A stretch of DNA of 64,000 nucleotides from Marsupella aquatica (taxonomy: Eukaryota; Plantae; Marchantiophyta), in assembly GCA_973895155.1 (NCBI GenBank), contig OZ316893.1, forward strand, positions 23,830,015 to 23,894,014, in the 5' to 3' direction. A program made the translations under genes and the position numbers. The number at the start of each line of letters is the position of its first letter. Position 1 is the first letter of the stretch. Of the stretch, positions 49,001 to 61,687 are shown piece after piece. The notes beneath the pieces were generated by a model. It did not search any database. It was not told the origin of the DNA and worked only from the letters and a program-made list of their open reading frames with translations.

Positions 49001-50716
49001 TTATGCCAAGATGAATAACATGGAGTCTGAGGTCATAGCGGAGCTCGACAAGGAGCTAAGAGCAACCCAGGAGGAGAGGGCTACCACCAAGAAGGAATTG
49101 GAGGAAGCCCACAGGGAATTGGAGGAAGCCAAAAACGAGCTGGAGGAGGCACGTAAGGACCTGGATGAGACCCAGGAGGAGTTGGAGGAAATCACGAGGA
49201 AGATGGAGAACCTACAGCGGCAGGCCGACAACCAAACAGAGCGGCTGAAGAAACAAGCCGCAGTATTTAAATGCTTAGCTGCATCAGGTCCATCTCCCGT
49301 TGGGGCAAACCAGTTACCCGGGGTGGTAATTGCCGAAGGACCAGCCGTGACACATGGCCCGGTGCCGGACGTTGGCGGCAAGGGGAAGGAACCGGCTATG
49401 GAGATAGTGAAGAAGAAGAAGCGGAAACCTTCGAGGTCCGGAGGTTATTTGACCCCTCAAGCCGTACTCAAACTGGTACCAACCTCCGGCATGAACACGG
49501 CAATAGATCTCGCTATCACCAAAGGTGGGGATGGCGCGGCCCAAGCCGAACTACTCAGTAATGAGGCCGGTATCCCAGATCCGCCTCTTGAGCAGGCCGG
49601 GGAGGCCGTAGCTGAGGCTGAGGCCGTAGCCGTGAATGATTTCCGAGCCGAGGCCGAAGCCGAGGGTGGGCCCAGTCAGGCCGATGGAGAGTTAACTCAG
49701 TCAAGGATAGGTAATCTGTCAAGGAACGAACCAACGGCAGTGGCTGAGGAGGAAGCGTTGGGGGCGTCCATTGAGGATCCACCACCGGTCTCGTGATGGT
49801 GCAAGGGCGCCGTTCCTTTTAGGAAGGGCGGACGTGGAGGTAGGAGGCGTGAGTGGGCAGGGCGGGCGCTGATCTCTAAGTTTAGGATTAGGATCAGGAC
49901 CAGGAGGCGGCCCTGACACTTAGCTTAGTGGGATTGCGGTTCCACTGGTAGGAGCAACACTTGTGCTCCTGCCTTGCTGTACATAGGTAGATCCGGGCAG
50001 ATAGATTACTGTTAGGTAGATTAGGCTTACGCTGCAAAGAATTAGGTGGATCCACTACCAGGATAAATACCTGGGCAGCGGGGAGCTCAGGGCCTCTTCT
50101 TTAGCAAGTTTTTAGTTTGCACCAGCCCGGCTGGGATCAAGTAGTAAGAGAAGCTCTCGGTTAGTCATACCGTGACCTTGTGTATATTCATGTTTCCTCA
50201 TGCCTAAGAGCTGAATAGAGTTGGCCTCATGGGTTAGTTCGTAGAGCTTGTGTATGAGATGTACTGTTTGTATGGCAAGTGCATGGTATGACTCAGTCAG
50301 AATGAGTCATTTTGCTATTTGTGTGTCGCATTAACTTGTGTGAAGAGTGCCCACATCAACCAACAGAAGGAAGGAAAGTAAGCAAGGGAGTGAGAGTTGG
50401 ATGTGTCGAGCTGAGAGAGGTCTTAGCGGCTTAACCAAGCCTATTGGGGATCATTCCGGCGGCGGAATCCAAACATACCTAACCAGAAGGAGAGGAAGAC
50501 AAGGGAAGGCCTAGATTAGGCCGGCTACGTATCTCATGACCCGATGAAGGATCTGTCCAGTATATGTGTGTAAAAGGCTAATAGTAATAGTAGAAGGAGG
50601 TTAGGAGCGTCCCATGCCGCTAAGCCGTGGAAACGGCCTCGCCAAGCGCGAAACCTGCGGGAATCGGCTTGCGCTGGGGGGTTTCTTGGGTTTAGGGAGC
50701 CATGGGACGCACCACA
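46042..50716 (+). mobile_element. Complete solo LTR of Gypsy A (4675 bp)
   Basis: TGTG...CACA ends; 5-bp TSD TAATA (46037-46041 and 50717-50721); colinear with 13574-17841. Confidence 0.95.
46157..49796 (+). pseudogene. LTR-encoded long coiled-coil protein, solo-LTR copy
   Basis: ORFs 46382-47224, 47118-48194 and 48357-49796; its lesions (+1 near 47099, TAG 48192, TGA 48348) differ from those in copy 1. Confidence 0.8.
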
Positions 50717-52107
50717 TAATATCGCAAAAATATTACCAAACTCGTGGAATCGCAAATATGGAACTGATCGATTATTATCGCAAGCCTATCGCAACGCCCA
50801 CGGAGTCGCTTAAATGTGAGTCCTTTGCGATTCTATTCGTGTTGCAAGTTGCAAAGGCATTGCGAAGGTCTTGCAAAAGACCGGATGCGAACCTTTGGGC
50901 TTCGCAATTTGCGATGCGCGATACTTCGCAAAGTCGAGTTTTGTTTAAATTCAATTTCCTTTGTTGTTTGTGATGCTTTCAAGTTTGCAAAAGGTGTAGG
51001 TAGTCTTGTAGTGAGTAGTTGACATAGGAGATATGTGGTTCACCTCACCAAAGGTTACATCCACAAACACACACCAGAGAACTTTACTGAACTGTCTCTA
51101 ACCTTGTCGGCCATATCGAGTCTCCATAGACAACGCTCTTCCTATCTCCCAACTGTTGGGAATAAATCTAGACCAAAGAGGACAATGTCAACACATGTGA
51201 ATAACATCCATAGACTCCAACACTCAAGGTACGTGGTTCACCCAGTCTAAGCTACATCCAGGGCTGTGAGAGAAATTCATTAATAAGCACAATTACACCC
51301 ACTCCATAGCCAACATACTATATAAAGTTCCTCCTCTCACCCTCACACTCTCCCTCCAAGAGAATGACCCTTCAAATGTGAGCACAACTTTGTGTTCCCC
51401 TTGGATATACCCCCTCTCATGGTCTATGGGAACTTGGAATTCATCAAGTATTATCCTAGTCCACTGAAGCCTAGCTGGTACTATATATGAAAGTAAATAG
51501 GTTATAGGTACTAGAGGCATAACCTAACACCAACTGGTTTTGTGACAATAGGCCTAAGTGCCACTCACTAACCAAGTATTTCTAGTGAATATAACACATG
51601 AAGCGTAACCAAGCACTTGACTATGAAAGTTACTGCTGTTACATAGTAACTCTAGATCTAAGAGTAAATGCCAACACTAAGCATGAATGTCTGCAAACTG
51701 TTTTGACCAGGATTTTGGGTGCTAGAAACTTTTGATATGTTTAGATATTTCTGGTTAACAATGGTAACGCTTTTGTATCGTGTATGCTGACCATGAATGA
51801 CTTGACCATCTCTTTCACACTTACAAACCTCCTTACTTGTAGCCCATCTTGGATATAAACTAACACACACTATGCAAAGTAAGATTCTGCAAAAACCATC
51901 TGGAAAACCAACAGCCAGCTATAACCTTTTGATATGTTTAGATATTTCTGGTTAACAATGGTAAGGCTTTTGTAGCATATATGAGTGGAACAACAACATC
52001 AACCCAATCCCTGTGAAAAGGAAATTAGAAACTAGAGACCTTGTCTCAATGGGTCAAAGTGAGCCACCTCAAAGTGGCAGTTTAGCCCATTAGAGGGATG
52101 TATACTA

Positions 52108-52957
52108 CTGTCTTCCCCTAAACACAACGCCCAGGCGCTGTGTTCATATATGGGATTTTTAGGGTCCTAAAAGAAAATTGTTGTTTTTTTCAAACACAAA
52201 GTCGTATTAACACAATGCCCGGGCGTTGTGTTCAAAGGTGGTGTTGTGTTTGAATAGTTAGCATTGTGTTCAAAATTGCACCCCATGTTTGAGAGATTTG
52301 AAGTTGGCATTGTGTTCAAATAGTTGGCGCGGTGTTGGAATAGTTGGTGTTGTGTTTGAAAATTGCACCCTGTGTTTGAGAGAGACCCTATTTTGTGTTT
52401 CCCGCTACATTCATCCTAAATTGCCCACAGTTTTTGGAGCGTCTGTAGCAATAGTCGCAACAATTTCTGGAGGAAAAGCTCAGACACACGTACTTGACTG
52501 AAAGGGCACTCTACAACTTTATCTCCTTGTGAAACTTCTTACAATGAATGTGCACATGCACAAAGTTAGAAATCAGATCAATAATGAATCTGTAAACTCA
52601 TACCACTTATCTCCTACAAATAGGTTCATTAAATTTGCGACAGGCTTTCCTTTCAGTAACAGGATAGAGATCATCTTGGCTCTCTTCCCTTTTGTAATTT
52701 CAGTTTCTGAATTACCTATACATTCCCAAACACTTTCTTTAACACATCAGTTAGACTGTATATGAATTTTATTTGTGCTTACACCATAAATTAATCTCCT
52801 AGCCTTATACACAACGCATAAACTCAAACACAACGTCATTTTTTGATCACAACGCCACAAGTGGAAAAATCCAAAACCTTGTGAGAAAATTTGAACACAA
52901 TGCCTAGGGCGCTATATTCAAATATAGCGCCTGGGCGTTGTGTTGGGCGGAAGATGG
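52108..52957. mobile_element. Non-autonomous TIR element (Tc1/mariner-type MITE)
   Basis: ~40-bp imperfect TIRs CTGTCTTCCCCTAAACACAACGCCCAGGCGCT / AGCGCCTGGGCGTTGTGTTGGGCGGAAGATGG; TA on both flanks; internal TTGTGTT repeats. Confidence 0.75.
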
Positions 52958-55900
52958 TAGTCTAGTTTTCTTTGGTTTGAATTCTTGGTTTGAATTCTTG
53001 ACCTAGTTGGACATTTCTGGATATGTGATGCACTGCCGAAACATTTAAAAAAAAATGTTGACAGGATGTCTTCCCCTTGTTTGTTGGCTCAAGGACTCTT
53101 TTCGTGTAAAGCAATCATGGACCTCCAAGAAACTTTGAGTATTAATGAGAGTCTTTCAACAATGACAGTAAATTCAGAGTGAGGAGACCCAATTTAAAGA
53201 TGATACTCAATTAGGGCTTCTCAAACCTGTCAGTCACACAGGTTTTCCCAGAAGCAAAGTGGCAGACTCATACTTTTGGACAAAGGATCCTTTTGCGACC
53301 ATTCAGCTTTGAGACACCCTATTGAACTCATACTGTCCATCCTGGTTTGGTGGTGTTATCATTGTTGAGTAACATAACTTATTTCAAGACAAAACAAGTT
53401 AGTTCCCAACCTGTCCCGGAAAAGCCTTTATCTAGGCAGATAAATAAGTAAGAACACTAAAAGTGTCATATTCCATCTTGTTTGAGTAAACCTTTCATGG
53501 AGATCCCCATAAGCGCAACCCTTTAGAGTACATCCCTGTCCCACTTGCTTTTTCCCTTTCCCTGCTTCTCTCTTTTTATCTTTCTCGGTTCTCGAGGTTC
53601 CATCTGACTCTTCTCTAGTAGTTGGTGTTTGTCCTCTTGGGCCTCTTTTGCTTTCCCTTCATTGTACTTTGTTTGGCCCTTTTTTTGAAAAAGAATTCAG
53701 CGTTTTGATTCATGTCTTCAGGGACATAGTTACATTTTAAAGTCAACTATGAACATTGCACATAAAGTTGTGAACTACTGCAACACTGGCAACCAAACCA
53801 CAGATGCCAGTATAAAAAAGGCTTGCCTTTTCAACACTGCACATAAAGTTGTGAACTATCTACATTACTCTCCCATGAGCTTTCAGAAAAGTTTTGCCAC
53901 TGTTTCTTAACAGTCATGTGAAGCACATGGCAACCCAACCACAGATGCCAGCATAAAAAGAGCTTGCCTATAACATTCCCTAGGTGAACAGTAGACCTAC
54001 CCTGTAGGCAATCCCTCTCACTTCTCATCGCAGGACCCTTCTGCCCTAAAAACTTTTTCTGTGTAACTTTTACAAATTGGAATAATTATTTGAGGCCATT
54101 TTTGTAAACATAGTTCTTGGTTCTTTTAGGAGATCAACTTTTTAGTTTTAGATTGCCCATAAGGTGAAAAATGAGATGACACTAATAGTGGAAAAATCCT
54201 GAAAAAAAACTCATGCTCTTTGTTACACACTATTGTAATCTATATGTACTTTATACTGGAACTTGTGGTTTCATGTTTCTTTCTTAGCAAATGTGATTAC
54301 CCATGACAACCTCAGATGCACTTACAAAAATGATTTTTTTTTGGAAAGAATTCAAATGGGACACCTTGCAATAGCCAGGGTTTGCACTTATGGAGTGTGC
54401 ATTTAGGAAGAGCCAACCGTACATCTCTGTCAATGGTGCCTAACAGCATCCCACTAAGGGCTGGCATGTCCCATTTGATCCGCTTGAGACTTTTTATTGG
54501 CTTGCACTGGTGGTTGGCATCATAAAATGTTTTGCAGGCTGATCCGTCCAAACTTTTCATGACCGGAATATGTAGCCTTTTTTCAAGTCTATATTGTCCT
54601 AGTTGCCAATGCTGTCAAACCACATATCTATGTTGTTGCTTGCATCACATGTTTACACCTCAGATTTTCTAGATCATTCCCTTGTTTATGCTAAACATCC
54701 ACAATCTGGAGTGTGGTCAAACACACGTATTACAACACACCAATGTTGTGATGCAGGCCGCTTATAGACAATACCAATAATTTTCCCTTTGGCAACATCA
54801 GGCCGCAAAATGGGTGCCAATGCTCTAAAAGGGTGTCAAGTGGTACGATCAGCGGTGATAAAACTGTTGTTAAAATGTACAAACGTGTCATACTCTCACT
54901 GGTTTGCGACCCTGGAGTTCCCTAAGTCTGGCACTACGGTACACCAAAACAGGTGAATGATCTTGAAACAACTGCCATGAAGTCTGCCCTACAGGACTCC
55001 TCTGTAACGGCATGACCAATTAGGACTTCTGGTCCAGACCGGTCTCCATCCCCATGTGCCCGACCTACATAGTACCAAAGTGGGGTGTGACACCATTCTA
55101 GATGTTGTTGTAGTATATAGTGCTAGTTTAGTATGTACATTTTGTATGTGTGCTATTGGAGCCCATAGGGTTCCATTAGGTTTGTGTGAGAGGGTAGTTC
55201 TCTCTTGTGAGGCATTGAAAGGTTATCTTTCAATTTTGAGTCTTGGAGAGGGGAGCTTGTGTGGTGGCTATGGTGGCTGAGAGCTCTCTCTATGTAGCAT
55301 GGATTCCTTGAGTGCAAGGTACGTGCGTTGGCTCGACATATGTGTGTGATTGGATCGGATGGGATTGAGTGCGTATTGTTGGCGTCGATCGTTGTTCCGA
55401 TTGTTGAGAAGATTACATTGAAAGATCAGATTAGAAATCTGTTGTACGGACTGTGCGAACAACAGTTTGATTGATTGAGTTGTCGACGATTTGTGGTAGC
55501 TTGGATTGTGTGTTGTTATTGAACAGATCGTTGGTATCTTGATCTGTAGCGATGTTGAGTTGTTGTCCGATTGGCCTACTTCCCGATCTATATACAGATC
55601 TGTGATTGGTGACAGGTTTTGAGTTTGGACATTACCGTGGGCTGGCTATTGAAGGAAATCAGTTCAAAACGTTGAGGCTATCATGTTGATCGTTCGCTTT
55701 AGTCGATCTACACTAAAGGTTGGATCGCGATCTGTGAAAGGCAAGTTCACAAAGCTCTGATTGGGTCTGCTGTTTTTATGAAGGAAATTGCTCCTTCCAA
55801 TTTCAGATGTTGCCAGATCTGACAGTAGGTTGTTGATCTACGAAACCCAGTTGGAGATGTTTGACTATGTTCCTGCATTGATCTGCTATTTTCAGGAAGA

Positions 55901-55972
55901 AACATTCAAAAATGTTGTTGGATTCGTAGCGGCGCCGATGACGCAGGTGCGGAAGTGAACTATCAACGATCG

Positions 55973-56190
55973 TGAATCATCGGCACTTCTGAAGCTGCAT
56001 TTTTTGTGAAGGGATTGAGGGCCGATGTTACCAAATTGTGTATGTTGTCGGATGGCATTTTTGTGAAGGAAATCGTTGCCTTTGAGTGAATCGTCGGTGC
56101 TTCTGAAGCTGCGTTTTTTGTGAAGGGATTGAGGGCCGATGTTGCCAAATTGTGTATGCTATTGGACGGCATTTTTGTGAAGGAAATTGC
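55973..56190. repeat. ~113-bp tandem duplication
   Basis: GTGAATC.TCGG..CTTCTGAAGCTGC...GAAGGAAAT occurs twice. Confidence 0.8.
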
Positions 56191-59100
56191 TGCTTTCAAG
56201 TGGCAAATGTTGCCATTTCTGAGCCCGGCGACTTCTATTTTGTGCACACACACGAGGTCACACATTCCAGACTATTCCGAGTCACGAGCGCAAGGCCAAG
56301 CACGAGGTCACCCATCCTAGGGCTACTCCGGGCCGCGAGCGCTTAACTGGTAGATTCTTATCACACCTTGTGTACACACAAGCTTTCACAACTTGTTGTT
56401 TAGATTCAAGCGCCAGGGGGCTTTATACACTTCCCAGTTTGTATAGAGGCCTATTCTAGGCCAAATCAGAGGCTAATTTAGGGTTTTTGATACTTCTGAG
56501 TCCATCTAGATTCATAGATTGAACCAATTTTGCCTTGATTCTCATGTACAACATTGGAGTGCCATTGTGAAGCCTATTATGAAGGCTCTTCCTTGAACCT
56601 TATGAACATTGTCATATTGATTTGCATTTGCTTTTGTACGGAGAGTTGAATGGTATCCATTCTTGTTTCTGGATCCTCTTCACACATGCTTCCTTTTTAT
56701 GCGCCATGTTAGTTTGGTGTGGGCGCTTGATTCCATAGGAATGATCCAAGTTTGCAACCAGACGTTCTAGTTGTGTTACATATTTCTCTCCTGGTGATGT
56801 TGGAGTGATGCCAACACACCATGGTGAGTGCTTGTGGTGCTGACTCTGGTGCAGTTTAGGGGTATAGACATTTAGTGTTCTAAATTTTCGTATTTATAGT
56901 AGGGGTATAGACATTTAGTGTTCTAAATTTATATAAAGTATCTTGTAAACTCTTTTTTCACCTTACCTTTTTAGTTGATTAGGCAATATTTCACCTGGGC
57001 ACAGACCCATTCGCTGGTATCCTTTAAATTTAGGGAGATGCAACTGTCAACACTCAGTCAAATGAGCTAAATTTTGTTCTTAGCATATTCTTCTTCACAC
57101 AGGCCTTGACCAGACTCACCTACATGACCACAATAAGATGAACAATATGGTTTTGATAATATGATGTACAATAATATAATATAGGTTTTAACAATACTAT
57201 TTACAGTTACAATAAATTATGGGGACCATTTTGGTCTTACCCTACCTTGGGCTTTGATCTCACCAATCACGTACTCATGCATTCATACCTTTTTCTGGGA
57301 TATCTACTTTAATGGTTATGTAAGGGTAGTGTTTTTGCATTATCATTATACTCTCTTTCACAAGTTTTTATTATAGATCCATATTCAGGAATTTCATTTT
57401 TGCAAAAATGTCATATTATGTGCGACAAAGTCTATGGTCTCTAGTAATTCTAAGCGAACTTTCAATTTTTTGTAAAAGAATTTTAGGGTCTCTTAAATCC
57501 AATTATATATCTAAGAACCATCTCACTAAGTTTTTGTCATTATTAGCAAAATGTTGCCATTATTTTTGGCTTCAATTAGCCAGTTTCTCCCCTAGCAAGA
57601 CCCAATAAGCCCAGTCTAAATGTTATCCTTAAATCCAGGGAAATCTACAGGGCAACAACTAATCAATGAAAATCACATAAAGAAGATTCTCTTTCACACA
57701 AGTTGAATTGGTCACCCATGTAGGATAAGAAATAAGTCACATGCTATTGTTTGGTTGAAGCAACTTTTTGGCAAGTTTGACACCTTCTTCATTATTTATG
57801 TACAACTCTATCAGTCCAACACAAAGTCACAGTCCAACTCTGGATTTTCATCACATGCAGATCTCAGTTGTCGCCTGTTTGAGAGTTGGTATGAAATATG
57901 AACCACACTGTTCTTCCCATCCTATGCGGTTGGGAAAGCTGCCTTTCAGGGGTGTTCCTGGGTTTCATGGGACAATCCGTGCCTGCCAGAGGGGTATCAT
58001 CTGGCGGAGGTTACAGTTGTACTCGCGGCAGTGCCCCATTGGGTACGGTTACTTTAGGTAGTACTTACTCGGGTACGGCTGGTCCTCTTCCGGTACCCTC
58101 ACGATTGTTCGTCTCCTTTACAGTCATTGCCACGTAGTACACCGTACTGTCATTTCGATGTAACTGGTCACCCTCCCGATGGTTCATCTGATGGTTTCCT
58201 TTACAGTCACTACCAGGGACTGTCACCAACATCCAAGAGCCTAATAAACATTTCAAACGACCTCTGCCTCGTGAGTAACGTGTGTTGTCACTCCACCATG
58301 CTGTCGTAGATGAACTTAGAGAGCCGTATGCATATGATCTAGTCTGGGCTGGTTAGGGCCAGTCCATCAATCTAATAAAACACATTGGAAACTTCGGATT
58401 AGGGCTCATGGCCAAGAGTGAAACCTTTAGACCATGACTCTGGGTGCTCCTTTGGGGACACAGTTAAGCCCAGGGTGTATTTGGAAATGGGCACAATGAC
58501 GGAACTGGACATGGGAGAGAGGGGGCGGGGGGGGGGGGGGGGGGGCGCGGGCGCGGGGGGAATAAAATACGAAAAAGTACTGGAACTTGCATCCCACAAT
58601 TGGGTAGTCTAGATTCTTACAACCAGATTCTTGACAAAAATACTTCACTGGGAAGGTCAGAATACAACATGAGCAAGGGTGAAGGAGTTTGCACTCTAGC
58701 CAAGGAGACTGAAAGGAGAGAACATCTCCTAGTCTTCTTGCGGTCAAAGTACTCTTTGGTCACAGGCCAGGGGTCACAGGTCTAATTAGCTTTGGCCCGT
58801 CTTTTTGGGAAGATTGGAGCCTTGATCAGAGCCCCATGTAGTTATCCTCGTAATGCATGTATGCACAATGCACATAGAGAACGTGGGCTATAATTAAGTT
58901 TGGTGCTCTTAGACATAGTGCTCTTAGACATGGTGGATTTGTTTAGGCTTCCAATTAACTTATACCTGGTGTACTTAAATTTGAGAGACTACAAGTAACC
59001 TTGAAATCAACTTATATTGGGTGCACTTAGCCATGGTGTACTGTAATTAACCTTGGAATTAACATTTACATGGTGCATGTTGATGCAATGACCTACAATT

Positions 59101-59924
59101 AGCCTTGGGACAACTTATAGTACATGGTGCAGTTAGACAAGGATGGACATCCTTATTGTTAATTGTTTTGAGAAACCAGGGTACAACATACCATGTATGA
59201 CCTAAGATATGTTTGGTTCACCCATTTTAGGGTGTGTCCATGACCAAATTAAAGAAAAATTCACTATATATTAACACCATACATTGGCCATAGCTTTAGC
59301 AAGTCACAAGCTGGGTTCCATGACACAATACGCTTGGAATCTCTCTCCATTCTCCAACTCTTGACCATTCATATCTAGTGTGAGCACAATGAAATGTTCC
59401 TCCAAGGTGCAGGCCTTCTCCACTAGTCTAACCTCAGCAACACTTAACCATGCAACACTTAACCATGCAATGCTCAGACATTTAACTTATTTAACCACTT
59501 GCTAGAGTTAAGTACAAGATATTAACCCTTGCTACTCTCAACATGTTGTAGTGGATGGGGCACTTGTAAAAGAATCCGGCCTACATCCTAAATCTCCCCT
59601 GCCCACTCCCCCCGGCCCATTCCCCTAATGACATCCAACAACTGTCCTATTTTTTTAGCACCAAACATATTTTGCCTTTTGGTAGAGTCCATTTGATAAA
59701 AAAGTGGTTGGAAAATTGAACCTCAATATCTTACTAACAAATCCCAACTAGACCCACATACTGGTTCCATTTGAGATCATCCCATTATGCAACAAACTGA
59801 GAGAATTAATATTAAGGTTATCATAGAAGCCCAAGAAATCCGTAAGGTCACTTTTGTATGGATTAGACATTAGTAGCCTCAACTACCCGTTCACACTGAA
59901 CATGAATAGCGGAGAGGACAATGA

Positions 59925-60602
59925 AAATATTATCAAAATATATTTTCTATTCATATTCTTTGAAGGTTAATGAAATGAAAAAAAGAACCCATCATTTTAA
60001 TAGTCATATATAATATACCATCCCTCTTTGTATGCACATATGTTGTGGTGAAACCATAGTATCCATTTTTTAATGTAAATATTTAAAAATTATCATAAAA
60101 AATTGCATGTACCAGTTGACATACATCATAGTCAATTTTTCCCATACACATCAATTTGTCCATACACATGATAGCCATTCCATGCACATGATAACCATGG
60201 TATTTGGGTCTAGAATCTTCATTCTAGAGTAGGCTCTTAAAAATAGACTTCAGTTGACAGATTGATAATAAGATACTAGCCATATTACCTGTTTTTTTAA
60301 CATGAAAATCAAAGAATATAACAAAAATGTTATCAAAATATATATTTTATTCATATTCTTTGAAAGTTAATAAAATAATAAAACATCATCATTTTAATAA
60401 TCAATATATAATATATCATTTTCCTTTGTCTGCACACATATTTGTGGTGGGGCCATAATGCCCATTTTTTGAATCTAAATACTTAAAAATTACAAAACTT
60501 ATCAAGACAAGTAAAAAGACATACTAATATTTGTGGTGTGGCCATAATGCCCATTTTTTGAATCTAAATACTTAAAAATTATAAAACTTATCAAGACAAG
60601 TA
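59925..60602. repeat. AT-rich degenerate duplications (~400-bp and ~89-bp periods)
   Basis: TTATCAAAATATAT...GCACA.AT.TTGTGGTG at ~59930 and ~60330; ATATTTGTGGTG...ATCAAGACAAGTA at ~60438 and ~60527. Confidence 0.7.
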
Positions 60603-61138
60603 CAGTAGGAAGACGTACGAAAAGCCTGCAAATCCGAAAGTAACTCAGTTTCCTTTTGCCAAAAACAAATTAAATAAAAAAATTATTAAAATAAAATTGC
60701 ATATATTGATATATATCACAGTGATAAGTTTTTTCATGCACATCGAGTTATGATCTACAGTAGATACTTCACTCTAGACCTAGACTTAAAAGTAAAGTAG
60801 ATTTCAGTTCGGGCTTTTATAGTAAGATTGGTTGATTGCCAATCACGAGTACAGATTGACAAAGCTTGAATAATTGAAACCATCAATCCAAATACTGGAA
60901 TTCATTCCTCCGTAAAACACTAAAGGCGTCATGACAGTGATGACACCATTCGTGGGCCTCTTTTCGTTCAGTTAGGGGGGCTTTACAAGACCGCGGGGGC
61001 CGTTCACTCCCTCCTCTTCCAAAGCAAAGCCGGGGGCCACTTAATGAACTAAAATTAGTAAACCGGGGCAAACACACTACCAGGCTGCAGCGAACGGCGC
61101 CCAGCCTCATGTAAAGTGAACAACGCCCACTTTGAGAG

Positions 61139-61687
61139 ATGGGACACAGAAAAGACAGAAACAAGGGCCAGCTGTCTGATAACTCCCAAATTGACGGGGA
61201 GGAAATATGTGATTGCGCGGGAGAAGATCGTCAAGCTCAGTCTTTCTTTCAATCAATGGTGGATCTTCAAGCGTTGGAGAGAAGAGAGCTTGATGAGCAA
61301 CAGGTCCTTCTGTTTATGGACCCATACAGAGAGATCTACCGTGGCCAAAAACTAGAAAAATCAAACTTCAGCTGTGAAATTTTGTTCAACTGGGAAGACG
61401 CTGATACGGACGCACATAGCAACATTGAATCATGGAACCTAGAGAAATTTCGTCAAGTGAGAGCCATGATTTGTACAAAGAAATTGAGGCAGAAGAAACG
61501 TTCGACGAAGAAGACCAATGCACTGTTGAATATGCTCGTGAACAGGTCAGAAGCTTTTCTTGTTCCTGTCCCTGCCAAGTTTGATTGTGGAATTTCGTTT
61601 TTGCATTTCAGATTGCAAAATTGTCCTCTTATCAATTATTTGATTACACGATGCAGCCTGACAGGAGGAGAACAAAAATTCTGGTAA
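61139..61687 (+). CDS. Hypothetical ORF directly upstream of, and overlapping, the Harbinger transposase
   Basis: 182-aa ATG-start ORF with basic tract KKLRQKKRSTKK; no recognisable domain. Confidence 0.3.
   Translation: MGHRKDRNKGQLSDNSQIDGEEICDCAGEDRQAQSFFQSMVDLQALERRELDEQQVLLFMDPYREIYRGQKLEKSNFSCEILFNWEDADTDAHSNIESWNLEKFRQVRAMICTKKLRQKKRSTKKTNALLNMLVNRSEAFLVPVPAKFDCGISFLHFRLQNCPLINYLITRCSLTGGEQKFW

Larger units (their letters stand above)
4521..51013. mobile_element. CACTA (En/Spm) DNA transposon, ~9.7 kb core inflated by nested insertions
   Basis: Starts CACTATAAC at 4521 and ends TTGTAGTG at 51013; 3-bp TSD AGT (4518-4520 and 51014-51016); imperfect TIR similarity continues to ACAC(C)TTTTGC; TTGCGAA/TTCGCAA subterminal clusters at both ends; Tnp2 and TnpA-like genes inside. 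Confidence 0.92.

Noticed and set aside
50768-50781. CGATTATTATCG as an 18th palindrome copy
   Set aside because: Shorter spacing and located in the CACTA subterminal repeats.
55100-56820. Possible solo LTR (TGTTG...CAACA)
   Set aside because: No matching TSD and no second copy in the window.
58515-58560. Poly-G run and associated Pro/Gly ORFs
   Set aside because: Low complexity, possibly a homopolymer artefact; no coding support.
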